NCBI GenBank assembly: GCA_963841015.1
Contig: CAWJAX010000005.1
Location: 224,001-288,000 of the forward strand
Direction: 5' to 3'
Origin: an uncultured Methanoregulaceae archaeon
Lineage (GTDB): Archaea > Halobacteriota > Methanomicrobia > Methanomicrobiales > Methanospirillaceae
DNA length: 64,000 nucleotides
Below, one piece after another: positions 53,983 through 64,000 of the stretch. Position 1 is the first letter of the stretch; every line of letters starts with the position of its first letter. The notes under the pieces are model-generated. The model was not told where the DNA came from, made no database searches, and saw nothing but the letters and a program-made list of their open reading frames with translations. A program made the position numbers and the translations under genes.

Positions 53983-54476
53983 ATGAACCCTAAACACATC
54001 CAGACAATACCTGTTCACGCAGCAATAATTACTGTTTCAAGTACGAGGACAAAGGAAAATGATACCAGTGGAAAGACTATCTGTGATATTTTAACATCGG
54101 CAAGAATTCAGATAGAGCACTATTCAATTGTAGGTGACCGGATAGAAGAAATCCGTTCAGAGATTTTTCTGGCATTGAAAAAATCCAACTGTGTAATTCT
54201 GAATGGCGGCACCGGTCTTACCCATGATGATTGCACAATAGAAGCTGTTTTACCGCTGCTCGATAAAAAAATCGATGGGTTCGGTGAGCTGTTCAGGATG
54301 AAAGCTATCAGGAAATTGGCACTTCTTCAATGCTCTCCCGAGCACTTGCTGGCACTTGTCATGGCAAGGCAATCTTTTGCATTCCTGGTTCAACCCCTGC
54401 CGTCACCCTTGGTACAAAGGAACTTATTGTTCCTGAGATCGCGCACATTCTATCGCATGCAAATAAGATTTCATAA
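53983..54476 (+). CDS. Molybdenum cofactor biosynthesis protein MoaB/MogA family, frameshift near 54302
   Basis: ITVSSTR..D.SG, NGGTG...DDCT.EA, GFGELFR, then LSRALAG...IPGS in the shifted frame. Confidence 0.88.
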
Positions 54477-54609
54477 TATTTTTTCACTTCCCGTATAACA
54501 TCAGAAAAAAATTTTTCTTGCAATTGTGATAGATAGACTCTGAAATTATTTTTAATCAAGACCTGGCCTTTATGAATTATCACTGTCCTGATTTTTGTAA
54601 GGTTTACCA

Positions 54610-55131
54610 TTACCGGTTCACATGGAGGAGAGCGATGCGTTCAAGTATCAGGTCTTTTATTCGATCCTGACCTACCCCGCCAAGTTCTTCTTCTGTGATA
54701 CTGAACAGCATCATGAGCCTTGTTTCTTTGTCTGGCGTTATTTCATCCCAAGGTTCGGTGACAAAATACATATGATTTGAAAGATCCTTCCAGATATCCT
54801 CATTTGCCGGATAAGAACAGACGAACATTCTATTCTCTCCCTCTTGAATCCCGAATACTGCTGCAACCAGACACTGGCGGGATCCTGCCGCGAATAATAA
54901 TGCTTCCATCTCAAATGAGTTGGATATCGGTCTCTCTGAAAAAAATGAGCGATGAGCATGTTCTAGTGCAGCTTCAGCATGATCCCGCCCCGCCAGTTTG
55001 TCAGCATCAAAACAGACAATATGCGTGGAATAAGACCGTGCAATTGCCTGTATCATTTGAAGGAATCCATCACGGTTGTTAACGGTTACCTTTGCCTGCC
55101 GGATTTCGTGTGTTACTAAAGGTGGTTTCAT
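54610..55131 (-). CDS. cgi121: KEOPS complex subunit Cgi121
   Basis: CFDADKLAG..H...A, MEALLFAAGSRQC, LILERIALL. Confidence 0.85.
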   Translation of the reverse strand: MKPPLVTHEIRQAKVTVNNRDGFLQMIQAIARSYSTHIVCFDADKLAGRDHAEAALEHAHRSFFSERPISNSFEMEALLFAAGSRQCLVAAVFGIQEGENRMFVCSYPANEDIWKDLSNHMYFVTEPWDEITPDKETRLMMLFSITEEELGGVGQDRIKDLILERIALLHVNR

Positions 55132-55135
55132 ATAA

Positions 55136-57300
55136 TCACCCAAAACGATTGAGTGTTGACTGACCTGAAGATGAGTTCATATCCTCATCTTTCACAGGGA
55201 AAACACCCTTTTTTCGCAGAATCTGATCAAATATCTGCTCTGCCACACCCAGTCCCAGTAGTTTTGTCACCTCTTCAATTCCCCGCGTCAGTATCTCGTC
55301 CGGTGTTGTCATTCCGTTATTGAATAATCTTCTGGCACGGACCCTGCCGATCCCACGTAACCGGATAAGCGGCAGCAGTTCTCGCCGTGTGCCGTTTTTC
55401 ATACAAATTTCGTATTCCCTCACTTTCGGATGAAAAACCGATGCAAACATTCGCGTCAGCTCCGCGCTTGCGTGCAGAAGCCAGGTAACACTTTCCACCA
55501 TCCCATAAATATCACCTGGCCCAACAGAATATCGCTCACAGATTTTTGTGTCCGATAACTCATCTGTCCAGTCAGAAAGAAGCATCGCCGTTTTTAGCGC
55601 ACGGTAATAAGCCTCTGCAGCCTCTTCATCCTGGGGCAGCATGATCCAGAGATCTTCCCCATTATCCTCTATCATACGGGTTAGTGCTCCGATGTCAGTA
55701 TTCCGGACATAGAGTTTGGGCATATCCGGTGTACTGCAAATTACCTGAAGAAGACCCAGATCGGTATAAAATTCTTTCTCGCGCAGGGTACTGACAATCA
55801 TAGCAGCGCTCCGTGGATCGATATAGAGTTTTGAGACAAGCGTACCAAACTCAGTTGAACCAAGATGTTCTCCAACCTCTACTACCATATCTGAAGACAC
55901 GAGAAATGCCAGTGCAGCATTCACGGCACGCTGTATGAGGCGTCCCTGTCGGTTTTCGTGAACATAGAATGTCCGGTTCATAAACGAGGTGAGCTCGTCA
56001 CGGTTTTTAGCAAAACCGGATGCGATTAGGGAAAGTATATGGGTATAGAGTGCTGCAGGTTCAGCTATTTTAGAGTGCACGTCCTCTGGTGGAGCTTCGA
56101 TATACCATTCAAAGAGCTCCTCTACCTGCCCTTGATCTTTGGCAATGAGAACTGCCTCACCATAGGGATCGAGCCGTGGACGACCGGCTCTCCCTGCCAT
56201 CTGGTGATATTCGCTCGCCGGAATTGGCTGCATTCCCTCACCAGCAGTAAACCGATTGTAATCCCGGATAATCACACGCCGTGCAGGAAGGTTAAGTCCC
56301 GCAGCAAGTGTTGGGGTAGAAGAGATGCATTTGATCAGGCCCTTCCGGAACCCTTCTTCTACAACTGAACGCTCGGGCCGGCCCAATCCGGCATGGTGAA
56401 AGCTGCACCCCTTGCTACGCAGGAAGCAAGTGATTTTCCCATATCCGTCTCTGCACCCCTCTGGATCTTCTCGGCATATGCAACGAGTGCAGGATCTTCG
56501 CTTTTTATAGCCGCAGCAGCGCGTTTTGCAAACGCCTCAGCATTACGACGTGATGATACAAAGACAAGACATTGACCTCCTTCGGCTATTGTGTCAAGAC
56601 AGAGGTTGAGATCATCGTAATTCTTTGATACCGCTTTTATGGAGCGGGTATTGTCACGGAAATAAATGCAGTCATTGAAAAAGACCCCTTGTCTCAGGTC
56701 AACAGGGCGCCAGGTACTAGTCACAAGTTCCGCATCGAGCCAGCTGGCAAGTTTATCAGGATTTCCAATAGTTGCAGAAAGTCCGATAATCTGCAGCGCG
56801 GGATTCCGGAACCGCATCTTGGCAATCACCATCTCAAGTGTCGGGCCCCGTCCCAGCGAGTCAATCATGTGAACTTCATCGACGACCAGAAGGGTGATAT
56901 CTGCAATCCATTGTGCATTGTTGCGCAGGAGTGAATCCACTTTTTCACTGGTTGCAACTATGATATCATTTCTTGCCAACATATCGTCGCGACGGTCAAA
57001 ATCACCGGTCGCGATACCAACCCTCACCCCTTTATTGCCAAACTCCTCAAACTTTTCACTTGCAAGTGCTTTGAGGGGAACGATATAGAGGCATTTCCCC
57101 CCGTTTGCGATCGCGTGGTGCATAGCCATTTCGGCAACCAGGGTCTTTCCGCTTGCCGTAGGGATGGCAACGAGCGCATTTTTCCCAGTAAGGATACCTT
57201 TCTCCACGCATTCGGCCTGCGGGGGGTAAAGCTCTGAAATGCCAGACCTGGTATACCTCTGCTTGAGATTAGTTGGGATTGCAAGGTCCTGAATTTGCAT
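55136..57300 (-). CDS. hel308: Ski2-like ATP-dependent DNA helicase Hel308/Hjm, frameshift near 56399
   Basis: PTASGKT, VVDEVH, LSAT, (F)HHAGL split by the indel, [21 protein letters not shown]-terminal Hh[11 protein letters not shown]. Confidence 0.92.
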
Positions 57301-57458
57301 TTTTTATCCTTTTAATAAACCTTTAATATTCCATCAAATTGGTACGAATCACAACTTTTTTTTAAAAATAAATTATGTTTGAATCACCGGTAATTTCCAA
57401 GCGAAAGATAGCCATTTCATCTATAAGCATTGGGAATGATTGAGGGGATTTTGAGGAA

Positions 57459-58004
57459 TCAGTAATAATAACTAATCATATCCTGCTTTGCCTCTTTCTT
57501 TTTCTTATCCAGGAATGCAAAGACATTTTCATGGGGTACTCCCTCTATCAGCATATCTATCGCAGCGCGTGCTGTTTTGAGCTGCTCCGGATAACCGATC
57601 AAGGCAATCGTCTTTCCAAAGACAGAAATCTCGACATCCGTCATATCCTCAATCTGCTCACGGGCACGACCATCTTTTCCTATTATCCTGCCTCTGAGCC
57701 GATCAAGCTGTCTTGGACCTTCTGCCATACCGGAGAGATCGATAACATCGAGGAGCAGATCTTCATCCTCAATCATTTCAAAGGCACGTTCCGGTGAGAA
57801 TCCACGGTTAATAGCGTTGACAATCTCAACGGCCCGCAGCAGCGATATTGTGTGCTCCTCAGAACTCTCAACCTTTACGAGACCTTCTTTACTGTCAACG
57901 GTAATCGTTGTGTGGGTCTTTACTTCAAGTTCTTTTTTTGTTGCACCGCCTTTTCCTATCAGAACACCCACCCTGCTTCCGGCGATTTTTACTTCCTGCA
58001 TCAT
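57459..58004 (-). CDS. KH-domain ribosome biogenesis protein Dim2/Pno1
   Basis: RVGVLIGKGG, RGFSPE.A, GRIIGKDG, G.PH..V. Confidence 0.9.
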   Translation of the reverse strand: MMQEVKIAGSRVGVLIGKGGATKKELEVKTHTTITVDSKEGLVKVESSEEHTISLLRAVEIVNAINRGFSPERAFEMIEDEDLLLDVIDLSGMAEGPRQLDRLRGRIIGKDGRAREQIEDMTDVEISVFGKTIALIGYPEQLKTARAAIDMLIEGVPHENVFAFLDKKKKEAKQDMISYYY

Positions 58005-58086
58005 TTTTTTCCACCTCTAAATTTTGGATGTTATTATCATCATCATTCCACTTTTCCTATAACTATCATAACGGGGTCAGCGGTCA

Positions 58087-58863
58087 TCATGGTTCAGTGG
58101 TATCAAGCCCGGTTACTGCATTGAAAATTTCGACATCATTACGCACATCGCATCGGTTTTTAAAAAACCTGTTGATATTACGGATATCCCTCATCAGAAA
58201 CTGGTAAGCACGGGGGTGATCTCGGGTTACTGACTGACCCATATCAATGAGATATGGTTGGTCACCGTACAATATATTGAACTCGCTCAGGTCCCCATGG
58301 ACGAGTTCAGCTTTGTTGTAAAGGGTATCGATATATTTCATGATGGTTGAATAGATTCGGGCAGGGTTATCGATATCAGCATTTTTTAGCTGTGGGTATG
58401 GGATCTCTTCCATTCCTAAATAGGACATAATAAGGATATTTCTGTCCCATACAAGGGGCTCGGGAACGGGAATACCCGCCCCCCTGGCTCGTACAAGATT
58501 GGAGAACTCCTTTCTTGTCCAGGCAAATACCAGCTCTTTCCGGGATTTTTTCACACGGGAAAATCTTCGGTCACCAACTATATAGGAGCTCATGGTGGTA
58601 AAATTTGCCGTGCGGATGCGGTAGATCTTAATGGCAATCGCTGTTCCATCACGTTCACCATAAAACACATTCGCTTCTTTGCCGGTGCTAATTGATCCAC
58701 CAATTACTGAGAGCCATTTTTTATGGACAAGCTTGTAAAGTGCAAGGAGGGTAACCTCATCAAAAACATCTTCGGAAACCTTAAACTGGTTGGCATCTTT
58801 AATACGCACACCCATCTCTTCAAGTTTCTTATCAAATTGATCCATTCGTTTCTCTAAACTCAC
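58087..58863 (-). CDS. rio1: RIO1 family Ser/Thr kinase
   Basis: STGKEANVF, AIKIY, LVHGDLSEFNIL, IDMGQ. Confidence 0.93.
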   Translation of the reverse strand: MSLEKRMDQFDKKLEEMGVRIKDANQFKVSEDVFDEVTLLALYKLVHKKWLSVIGGSISTGKEANVFYGERDGTAIAIKIYRIRTANFTTMSSYIVGDRRFSRVKKSRKELVFAWTRKEFSNLVRARGAGIPVPEPLVWDRNILIMSYLGMEEIPYPQLKNADIDNPARIYSTIMKYIDTLYNKAELVHGDLSEFNILYGDQPYLIDMGQSVTRDHPRAYQFLMRDIRNINRFFKNRCDVRNDVEIFNAVTGLDTTEP

Positions 58864-58899
58864 AGAGAACCCCCGACAACCTTAAGGTATTTTTCCAAC

Positions 58900-59841
58900 T
58901 CAACGAATATATTCCCGCACAGGCTCCAGTATCTCAACAAGCGACTCACCACAGGATTTCTTGAGGTCAAGCGGATGAATTTCACCTTTGTCGTAGGATG
59001 CCTCAATCTCCCGGTAGTTCGTAAAAGTTCGGTCGCCACCGAATTTTTCCGGCCTTTTGATGGTAACCTCAGAAAGACGGGAAAATATATGAAACTGGAA
59101 TATCTGAAGAATTGGATTTTCCGGAATTTCAGGAGGACAAAACGCCTTTTGGCACTTTTTGCGAATTTCTTCTTCCGAGTCAGCAATCGATATATAATTT
59201 CCCTGCGAAGATGACATCTTTTTTCCATCAAGGCCATTAAGAATCGGTGTATGGATACAAACCGGAGCTTTATATCCGAAGTTGATCAGGTGTTCACGAG
59301 CCAGCATATGAATCTTCCTCTGATCAATACCCCCAACAGCAGCATCCACTCCAAGCATGGCGATATCTGCCATCTGCATGATCGGGTAAACCATCTGAGA
59401 AACTGTTGGATGATCCATCTGCCTCCCTACTTCATCCATACTTCGTGTTGCCCGGTTCAGGGTAATCTGTTGGGATAGCTGGAGTACAAGCAGTTCGTAA
59501 TCCCTATTCAGCTGAAGATCGGATCCAAGCACATATTTCACGTTTTTCAAGCCAAGCCCTTCAAAACAACGTTTATTATATTCCGCCAGTTCTCCTACCT
59601 TCTCCATCGTTCCTTTGCGGTTAAGGAACGCATGGAGATCGGCCAGCAGGACGGTGACTTCAAAACCGGCAGCCTGGAGATCCACAAGTTTGTTTATGGT
59701 AACGAGATGGCCGAGATGTATCTCACCACTTGGCTCGTACCCTGCATAGACTTTTTTTTGTGTTTGGCCGAGAAGTGAGCGGAGCTCGTCTTCTGTGACA
59801 ATTTCAACAGTATTTCGGGTTACCCGCTCGTGCGTATCCAT
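58900..59841 (-). CDS. tyrS: Tyrosine--tRNA ligase
   Basis: YAGYEPSG.IHLGH, YPIMQ..D, GGIDQRK, KMSSS, HPLDLK. Confidence 0.96.
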   Translation of the reverse strand: MDTHERVTRNTVEIVTEDELRSLLGQTQKKVYAGYEPSGEIHLGHLVTINKLVDLQAAGFEVTVLLADLHAFLNRKGTMEKVGELAEYNKRCFEGLGLKNVKYVLGSDLQLNRDYELLVLQLSQQITLNRATRSMDEVGRQMDHPTVSQMVYPIMQMADIAMLGVDAAVGGIDQRKIHMLAREHLINFGYKAPVCIHTPILNGLDGKKMSSSQGNYISIADSEEEIRKKCQKAFCPPEIPENPILQIFQFHIFSRLSEVTIKRPEKFGGDRTFTNYREIEASYDKGEIHPLDLKKSCGESLVEILEPVREYIR

Positions 59842-59866
59842 TAAAAATAATGGGTTATGATGGGTG

Positions 59867-60898
59867 TTAATGGTTATTCTGGATGAGGTTTAATCCCATA
59901 GCCCCGTTGGTAGCCAATATCGATTTTGTTGCGTCCTTCTCGAGTCCGACCATTGCCCGAATAGCATCGATATTTTCGACAACTACATCAGCTTCCTGGT
60001 GAATTGCCTGGAAAAAGCAGAGCTCGTTTTTATTGGCGTAGATGGACTCTTCGAAGATGCAGTTCTCCCACAGGTCAGACCGCTGCCTGCCGAGATCCAT
60101 GGCAAACTCCTTGAGTTCGGCAGTGCTTTTAATTCCCAATGTCTTTTTGATAAGCCCCAGGCGGGGATGATTTTTGATGAGATTAATTACGCTGTCACGG
60201 CTGACTGGTTTTTTGGTAGTAATCTGGATTGCATGCATGTGCATCATGGTTGTGGGTACAATCATCGCCATTGTTGTGATAGAGATGTGAGGAAGTACTG
60301 TCAGGACGTCCGGGCCGTGGTGACTGGGTACACTCACAGGATCGAGGACCACTGCATCTATCGGTCCTTTTTTGATCTCCCCTGGATCGGATCCACGCCT
60401 TACCATAATTGCATGGACATGCGCAACTCCGTACTCTTTATCTATTTCATGTATGATACGGCAGAGGCCGGTTGTGTTACAGGAAACCACTCGTACAAAC
60501 TGCCTGCCAATTGCATCCCTGTAATTGCATGACGAGTTAAAGGAGAACCCGGCGATCTCATGATCTTCGCCTCCCTGCCAGAGTGCCTTTTTCCCGAGTT
60601 TCTCGTAAAGCGGTTTATTCGTTGCTCCGACATCCCCCGGTGTTGCATCCACAATAACATCGGCAGCTTTACACATGTCTTCGACTGATCCAAGGACGCT
60701 AAGCCCGGCTTTCTCGAATGCTGCCTTTTTTGATAAGTCCGCAATATAGAGGGGGTATCCTCGTTGTTTTGCAACAAAAGCTTCTGCGTTCGGTCGGGTC
60801 TTGGATACTCCGATCACTTTCATGTCCTTCTGGGCGGCAACTGCATCAGCAACACGTTTGCCGATTGTGCCGTAACCATTGATGGCAACCTTGATCAT
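59867..60898 (-). CDS. gap: Archaeal type II phosphorylating glyceraldehyde-3-phosphate dehydrogenase
   Basis: NGYGTIGKRVADA, VVSCNTTG, PSHHGPDV, HQEA.VV.ENIDAIRA. Confidence 0.96.
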   Translation of the reverse strand: MIKVAINGYGTIGKRVADAVAAQKDMKVIGVSKTRPNAEAFVAKQRGYPLYIADLSKKAAFEKAGLSVLGSVEDMCKAADVIVDATPGDVGATNKPLYEKLGKKALWQGGEDHEIAGFSFNSSCNYRDAIGRQFVRVVSCNTTGLCRIIHEIDKEYGVAHVHAIMVRRGSDPGEIKKGPIDAVVLDPVSVPSHHGPDVLTVLPHISITTMAMIVPTTMMHMHAIQITTKKPVSRDSVINLIKNHPRLGLIKKTLGIKSTAELKEFAMDLGRQRSDLWENCIFEESIYANKNELCFFQAIHQEADVVVENIDAIRAMVGLEKDATKSILATNGAMGLNLIQNNH

Positions 60899-60956
60899 AA
60901 TCGTACATGGTGGTAGTATACAAAAAAGCTATTGGGAAAAAAAATCAGTATTTCCT

Positions 60957-62711
60957 TCACTCCAACCGTAAAATTTCCGGATAGAATGATTTTATTAAAT
61001 GTTCAATCTGTAAAAACGCTGTTTTATGATCGATAAACATTCTGAACGATTCACCCGTTTTGTTATACAGTGTCAGGAAACCTGGCAGCAGAACCGGATT
61101 CATCAATTCTATCGTTACCAGATCTTGTTTTTCAATCTCGTAGACCAATAATTTTTCAATTGTTTCGATAGTTTTTGGGCGATTATCAATGGTTGCTCTG
61201 GTACCAAAAAGGTCGTCCAGAACATAGGGTCCATACTGCATTCCCTTTGGTTTTGAAAGATCAAAATCGGGATTCTGAATAACAAATAACCGCCGGTTTG
61301 TTGCATAAATACCATAACCCCTGGGTGGTGAAGGGATGAGACCCGCAAGCGTTCCACTCGCACTCCCTCCGGCGACTTTGAGTGTAGGACTTGATATACC
61401 CCCGATATATATCTCCTTTTCTGAATATCCTGATGTTTGAGCTGCCTGCTGTTGCTCGACGACGGTAATTGTCTCGATTGCCGCAATCAACACACCTTTG
61501 CCATCGTGAACGGCGGTTCCTTTACCCCATAAAAACATCGGTTTTTCACGAATTTTGACTTTTTCCATTTCACCGATGAATGTGTTCCCCATTCGTTTTA
61601 TGCCTGGGAATTTTCCGGATTGTCTTTTATCTGTTGATATTACGATGTAATCAACCAGCATTGGTCGAGGTTCACCAAAGAATGGAATGGCATATTCACG
61701 ATTTCCTTTACCAATCATTTCTGTTGACTGAACCCCGGTCAACTCTTCCATGGCTTTATTCCAGATAATTACGACTCCGGTTTTGTCTATAGCGAATACC
61801 GGGTTCTCAAGCGTATCAATGGTTTTTGTAAATGTTTTCCACTCATCCTCAGATTCCGTACCAAAGGCAGTTGTTTGCATGGTGGAGACCACATCTTTTA
61901 CATTTTTTGAAGATTGGGTTTTATGCATCTGTTCCGGTTCGGAAACTAACCTGCCTGCTGTTTGATACTCAATGATTTCTCCATCAGTATTGAAAATTGC
62001 ACGATAATTCCATTGGACCCGGGGAGATGATCCATCCACTTTTTTAATGGCATGTTCGATGAGGATTTCGGGATTTAACGGTGATAGATTGTGTAACTGT
62101 CCTACAATTTTTTCGCGCTCATCTTCCGGTAGGAGTAACATAAAATTGTTGCCTGCAGGATCCCGATTTCCGTTCCCGATAAAATTCGTAAACGATTCAT
62201 TTCCAAAACGAATTTCTCCCTCCGGCAGGAAACGGCAAAGAAGATCGGAATTGTGTTCAATTATTGAACGATACAGACTCGCACTCTCAAGCAATGCCCG
62301 GTCAGCCCGGATTTTTCCGACACCCGCCCTTATAAAGTCAACCAGTGCCTCCATATCATTTACAATCCCACCTCCTTTTTGAATGTAATAATCCGCACCA
62401 TTATTTAACGCATCGATGGCAACATGGGCTCGATGTTTCCCGGTAATGATAATAAATAGACCGGAAAATCCCCTGCCCCGTGTTTCCCTGAGTAAATTAA
62501 TCCCGTCCATATCAGGAAGGCCAAAATCCGCGATGACGGTATCAAACTGCTGGGTTTTTAACAGCTCCAATGCATCTGTCGCATTTGAACATGCTTTAAC
62601 TGAAAACCCGGGCTCCCGTTTAAAAAAATCCTCAAAAATCTCCAGTACAAATGGTTCATCATCCACGCACAAAATTGAAATTACCCCATTTTCGGTCAAT
62701 GTAATTAACAC
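60957..62711 (-). CDS. Response regulator REC-PAS-PAS with uncharacterised C-terminal domain
   Basis: VDDE, D.VIAD..LP.MDG, TG, YIQKG; two PAS-like regions; no HisKA/HATPase motifs. Confidence 0.85.
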   Translation of the reverse strand: MLITLTENGVISILCVDDEPFVLEIFEDFFKREPGFSVKACSNATDALELLKTQQFDTVIADFGLPDMDGINLLRETRGRGFSGLFIIITGKHRAHVAIDALNNGADYYIQKGGGIVNDMEALVDFIRAGVGKIRADRALLESASLYRSIIEHNSDLLCRFLPEGEIRFGNESFTNFIGNGNRDPAGNNFMLLLPEDEREKIVGQLHNLSPLNPEILIEHAIKKVDGSSPRVQWNYRAIFNTDGEIIEYQTAGRLVSEPEQMHKTQSSKNVKDVVSTMQTTAFGTESEDEWKTFTKTIDTLENPVFAIDKTGVVIIWNKAMEELTGVQSTEMIGKGNREYAIPFFGEPRPMLVDYIVISTDKRQSGKFPGIKRMGNTFIGEMEKVKIREKPMFLWGKGTAVHDGKGVLIAAIETITVVEQQQAAQTSGYSEKEIYIGGISSPTLKVAGGSASGTLAGLIPSPPRGYGIYATNRRLFVIQNPDFDLSKPKGMQYGPYVLDDLFGTRATIDNRPKTIETIEKLLVYEIEKQDLVTIELMNPVLLPGFLTLYNKTGESFRMFIDHKTAFLQIEHLIKSFYPEILRLE

Positions 62712-62872
62712 CCCTTTTAGAATGAACCAGATTCGTTTTCCTATTGTTACTTTATTACAGGTAATCTATAATATTTTAGCCTCTTAATTTTTTTACCGGA
62801 TTGGATGAAAAGCAAAATTTCTGACTTTTTTTTAAAAAAGACCTGAAAAATACGATGATTTTAAACAAAAAT

Positions 62873-63364
62873 CTAAATATAGAGTTCCTGGATTTTTATT
62901 ACTTCAATACTATCCTTTGCGTTTGTGTACAGATCAAGCGGTTCTTTGTTTACTTCTAAAAAGCGGATACCCCAACTGACTTTCGAAAGGAGTTCAGTCG
63001 CCCTATCCTTTTCACCAATAATATATAATGCAGCAGCTAGTGCCTCAACAGATGAAAGAACACAGGGTTTGCCAAAATTTACAGGATTTGCTGCAATTAA
63101 AAAGGGAAGCGCCCGTCGTATTCGCCAGGAACGTACTTTCCCCGTATCTAGCACTACCCATGAGCAATCAAGTACAGTTATTGATTTAACGTACTTATCT
63201 GCCGGTGAAAGTGCCTGCTCTGCAGTGGGATCAAGGAGTAATGTATTTCGTGGTATTTGGGAAATTTTGTTGAATATTTTTAAAAAGCCAGCTTTTTCAA
63301 GTTTTTTTACTGTACACTTCCTGGGGTCGCAACTATTATCCCGGTATGCATACAGTGGCATCAT
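62873..63364 (-). CDS. tsr3: rRNA aminocarboxypropyltransferase Tsr3 (DUF367)
   Basis: CDPRKCT, LSPAD, LDCSW, RRALPFLIAANPVNFGKP, LSSVEA. Confidence 0.93.
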   Translation of the reverse strand: MMPLYAYRDNSCDPRKCTVKKLEKAGFLKIFNKISQIPRNTLLLDPTAEQALSPADKYVKSITVLDCSWVVLDTGKVRSWRIRRALPFLIAANPVNFGKPCVLSSVEALAAALYIIGEKDRATELLSKVSWGIRFLEVNKEPLDLYTNAKDSIEVIKIQELYI

Positions 63365-63394
63365 TGATCATCTGTGCGTGCACACACAGTATCA

Positions 63395-64000
63395 ATGTAC
63401 GTACTCTGCAGTCCCTGTGTTCTCAATCCAGCGCTGCGTGCAAAGGGTATCACAAAACCCTCGGATCTCGAGATGTTCGAGCGCACAATAGAACGGTGCA
63501 AAAAATTCAATATCGAAATGCTGCCACTTCCTTGTCCGGAGACGGTATATCTGGGACCTGACAGGAAACCCGGGACTTTTCTCGAAAGACTCAACACGCA
63601 GGAATTCACTCATCTCCTTGATGTGATGGCAAAAGAGGTTCAGGAGATCATCGAATTGCGGGGACCTCCCGCTTTTATGATAGGGGTAAATTCGTCGCCT
63701 ACCTGTGGTGTGACAAGTACCTATTATGGAAGTGATGGGACCACCCCTCCAAAGAAAGCGGGTCGGGGTATGTTTTTAAACCGATTCCCTCAAATCAGGG
63801 CTTTGGACGTTGCGTCATTCTCTCAATATCGCGTTTATCTGGCAGCACCTCTTTTTTCAGAATCGGAACGCGTTTATAATCTGTCGGTTGCCGGGCAATT
63901 GAGAAATAACTTTTTTGAGGTATATCTCCCTCAGGAAGCGGGTGATGATTCAGATACGAGGAACACAGAAGAACAGGTCCGGATCTTTTCTGAAAATCTG
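63395..64000 (+). CDS. DUF523/TudS-like domain fused to nucleoside 2-deoxyribosyltransferase domain (3' partial)
   Basis: Manual translation: CSPCVL, PCPE, NSSPTCG...GRGMF, then RVYLAAPLFSESER...VYLPQE; runs off the window end. Confidence 0.75.
   Translation, partial: MYVLCSPCVLNPALRAKGITKPSDLEMFERTIERCKKFNIEMLPLPCPETVYLGPDRKPGTFLERLNTQEFTHLLDVMAKEVQEIIELRGPPAFMIGVNSSPTCGVTSTYYGSDGTTPPKKAGRGMFLNRFPQIRALDVASFSQYRVYLAAPLFSESERVYNLSVAGQLRNNFFEVYLPQEAGDDSDTRNTEEQVRIFSENL

Noticed and set aside
52127-57300. cdc6, moaB and hel308 as true pseudogenes or programmed frameshifts
   Set aside because: Single indels in short runs without slippery heptamers; motifs are intact on both sides; assembly error is more parsimonious
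58860-59237. Overlapping 125-aa ORF as an N-terminal extension of rio1 or an aIF-1A gene
   Set aside because: Alternative frame within tyrS with no OB-fold or aIF-1A motifs

Overview
This is an archaeal chromosome segment from a hydrogenotrophic methanogen, most likely Methanomicrobiales (Methanoregula-like). That call rests on the echABCDEF operon, two cofH paralogs, PolD DP1, archaeal ribC, KEOPS cgi121, Hel308, Rio1/Dim2 and Tsr3. Most genes are core housekeeping: arg, rib, pur, thi, pdx and cob biosynthesis, acetyl-CoA synthetase with an MFS transporter, a MacB-type ABC system, a K+-independent H+-PPase, class II RNR, TyrS and GAPDH. The window contains a replication origin: cdc6 with three ORB boxes, two of them a perfect 22-bp inverted pair around an AT-rich unwinding element. 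About ten genes, including cdc6 and hel308, carry small-indel frameshifts that most likely reflect long-read assembly error. I saw no tRNA, rRNA, CRISPR array or transposase. Best leads: (1) a promoter, a highly structured ~170-nt RNA, a small PD-(D/E)XK-like ORF and a hairpin-rich tail at 19.5-20.6 kb; (2) a membrane-anchored thioredoxin gene ending in A_AAA_AAG-CAA-TAA whose -1 frame continues into a start-less Trx-CcdA/DsbD ORF, a candidate programmed frameshift; (3) a kinase-less REC-PAS-PAS protein with a PH-like output domain; (4) a TudS/DUF523-nucleoside deoxyribosyltransferase fusion; (5) candidate cis-elements, namely a TRP-box array at trpB2, a 13-mer shared by acs and ech, and non-ORB repeats in oriC. 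All family assignments are by eye from motifs; no searches were run.
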